From positions 24,859,605-24,923,604 of the forward strand of contig CM119265.1 of the NCBI GenBank assembly GCA_051294375.1: DNA of 64,000 bases. Reading direction: 5' to 3'. Both the position numbers and the translations under genes were made by a program. This document shows positions 63,742 through 64,000 of this stretch, piece after piece. Source of the stretch: Paraspadella gotoi (Eukaryota; Animalia; Chaetognatha). Numbering within the stretch: position 1 is the stretch's first letter; each line of letters begins with the position of its first letter. The notes below the pieces were generated by a model. It was not told the DNA's origin, made no database searches, and worked only from the letters and a program-made list of their open reading frames with translations.

Positions 63742-64000
63742 TGAAGGTAGACAGGGATAGGGGAAAATGAGAAGGTAAGTAGCGACGTTCGTGAGAGGAA
63801 TAAATCGAAGCAGAAACTACTATAATATGGTAAAGTATATGTAGTCGAAAATTTGACGAGAAAAAAGGAAAAAAGAAAGAAAAGAGTGAAAAAAAACGTT
63901 GTTGCATTCTCAAGAACAAGTGTTAAGACAACGCCTTACTTTTTGCTGGAAAATATGAAAGTTTTTTAATATAATGTTAAGAGAAAAAAGAGACTAAAGC

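Noticed and set aside
49908-63919. Numerous alternative-frame and antisense ORFs overlapping UBR4 exons
   Set aside because: By-products of GC-rich codon usage; only the two intron-nested genes have independent splice and motif support.

Overview
AT-rich, intron-rich animal (metazoan) genomic DNA from a draft assembly, with two N gaps and many homopolymer or single-base indels. Genes in order: the last exon of a double CCHC zinc-knuckle gene; ZFYVE21; two tandem TMEM104 (SLC38-like transporter) paralogues separated by a decayed Penelope-like element and a two-exon XK-related gene; a divergent Cdc42-like Rho GTPase; and the 5' part of UBR4, which hosts two antisense nested genes (a 4-TM protein and a GT31 beta-1,3-glycosyltransferase). 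Exons 2-9 of the second TMEM104 are tandemly duplicated over about 5.4 kb, probably two haplotypes assembled side by side. Introns are full of nested non-autonomous elements: hAT MITEs with 8-bp TSDs, Helentron/DINE-1-like elements and minisatellites. The most notable observations are (i) miniature LTR elements whose LTRs carry tRNA-type Pol III A/B boxes and 4-bp TSDs (one two-LTR TRIM plus solo LTRs of two families) and (ii) five Penelope-type remnants with minimal hammerhead-like motifs, four of them with an inverted tail copy. Exon structures were read by eye, so boundaries are approximate.
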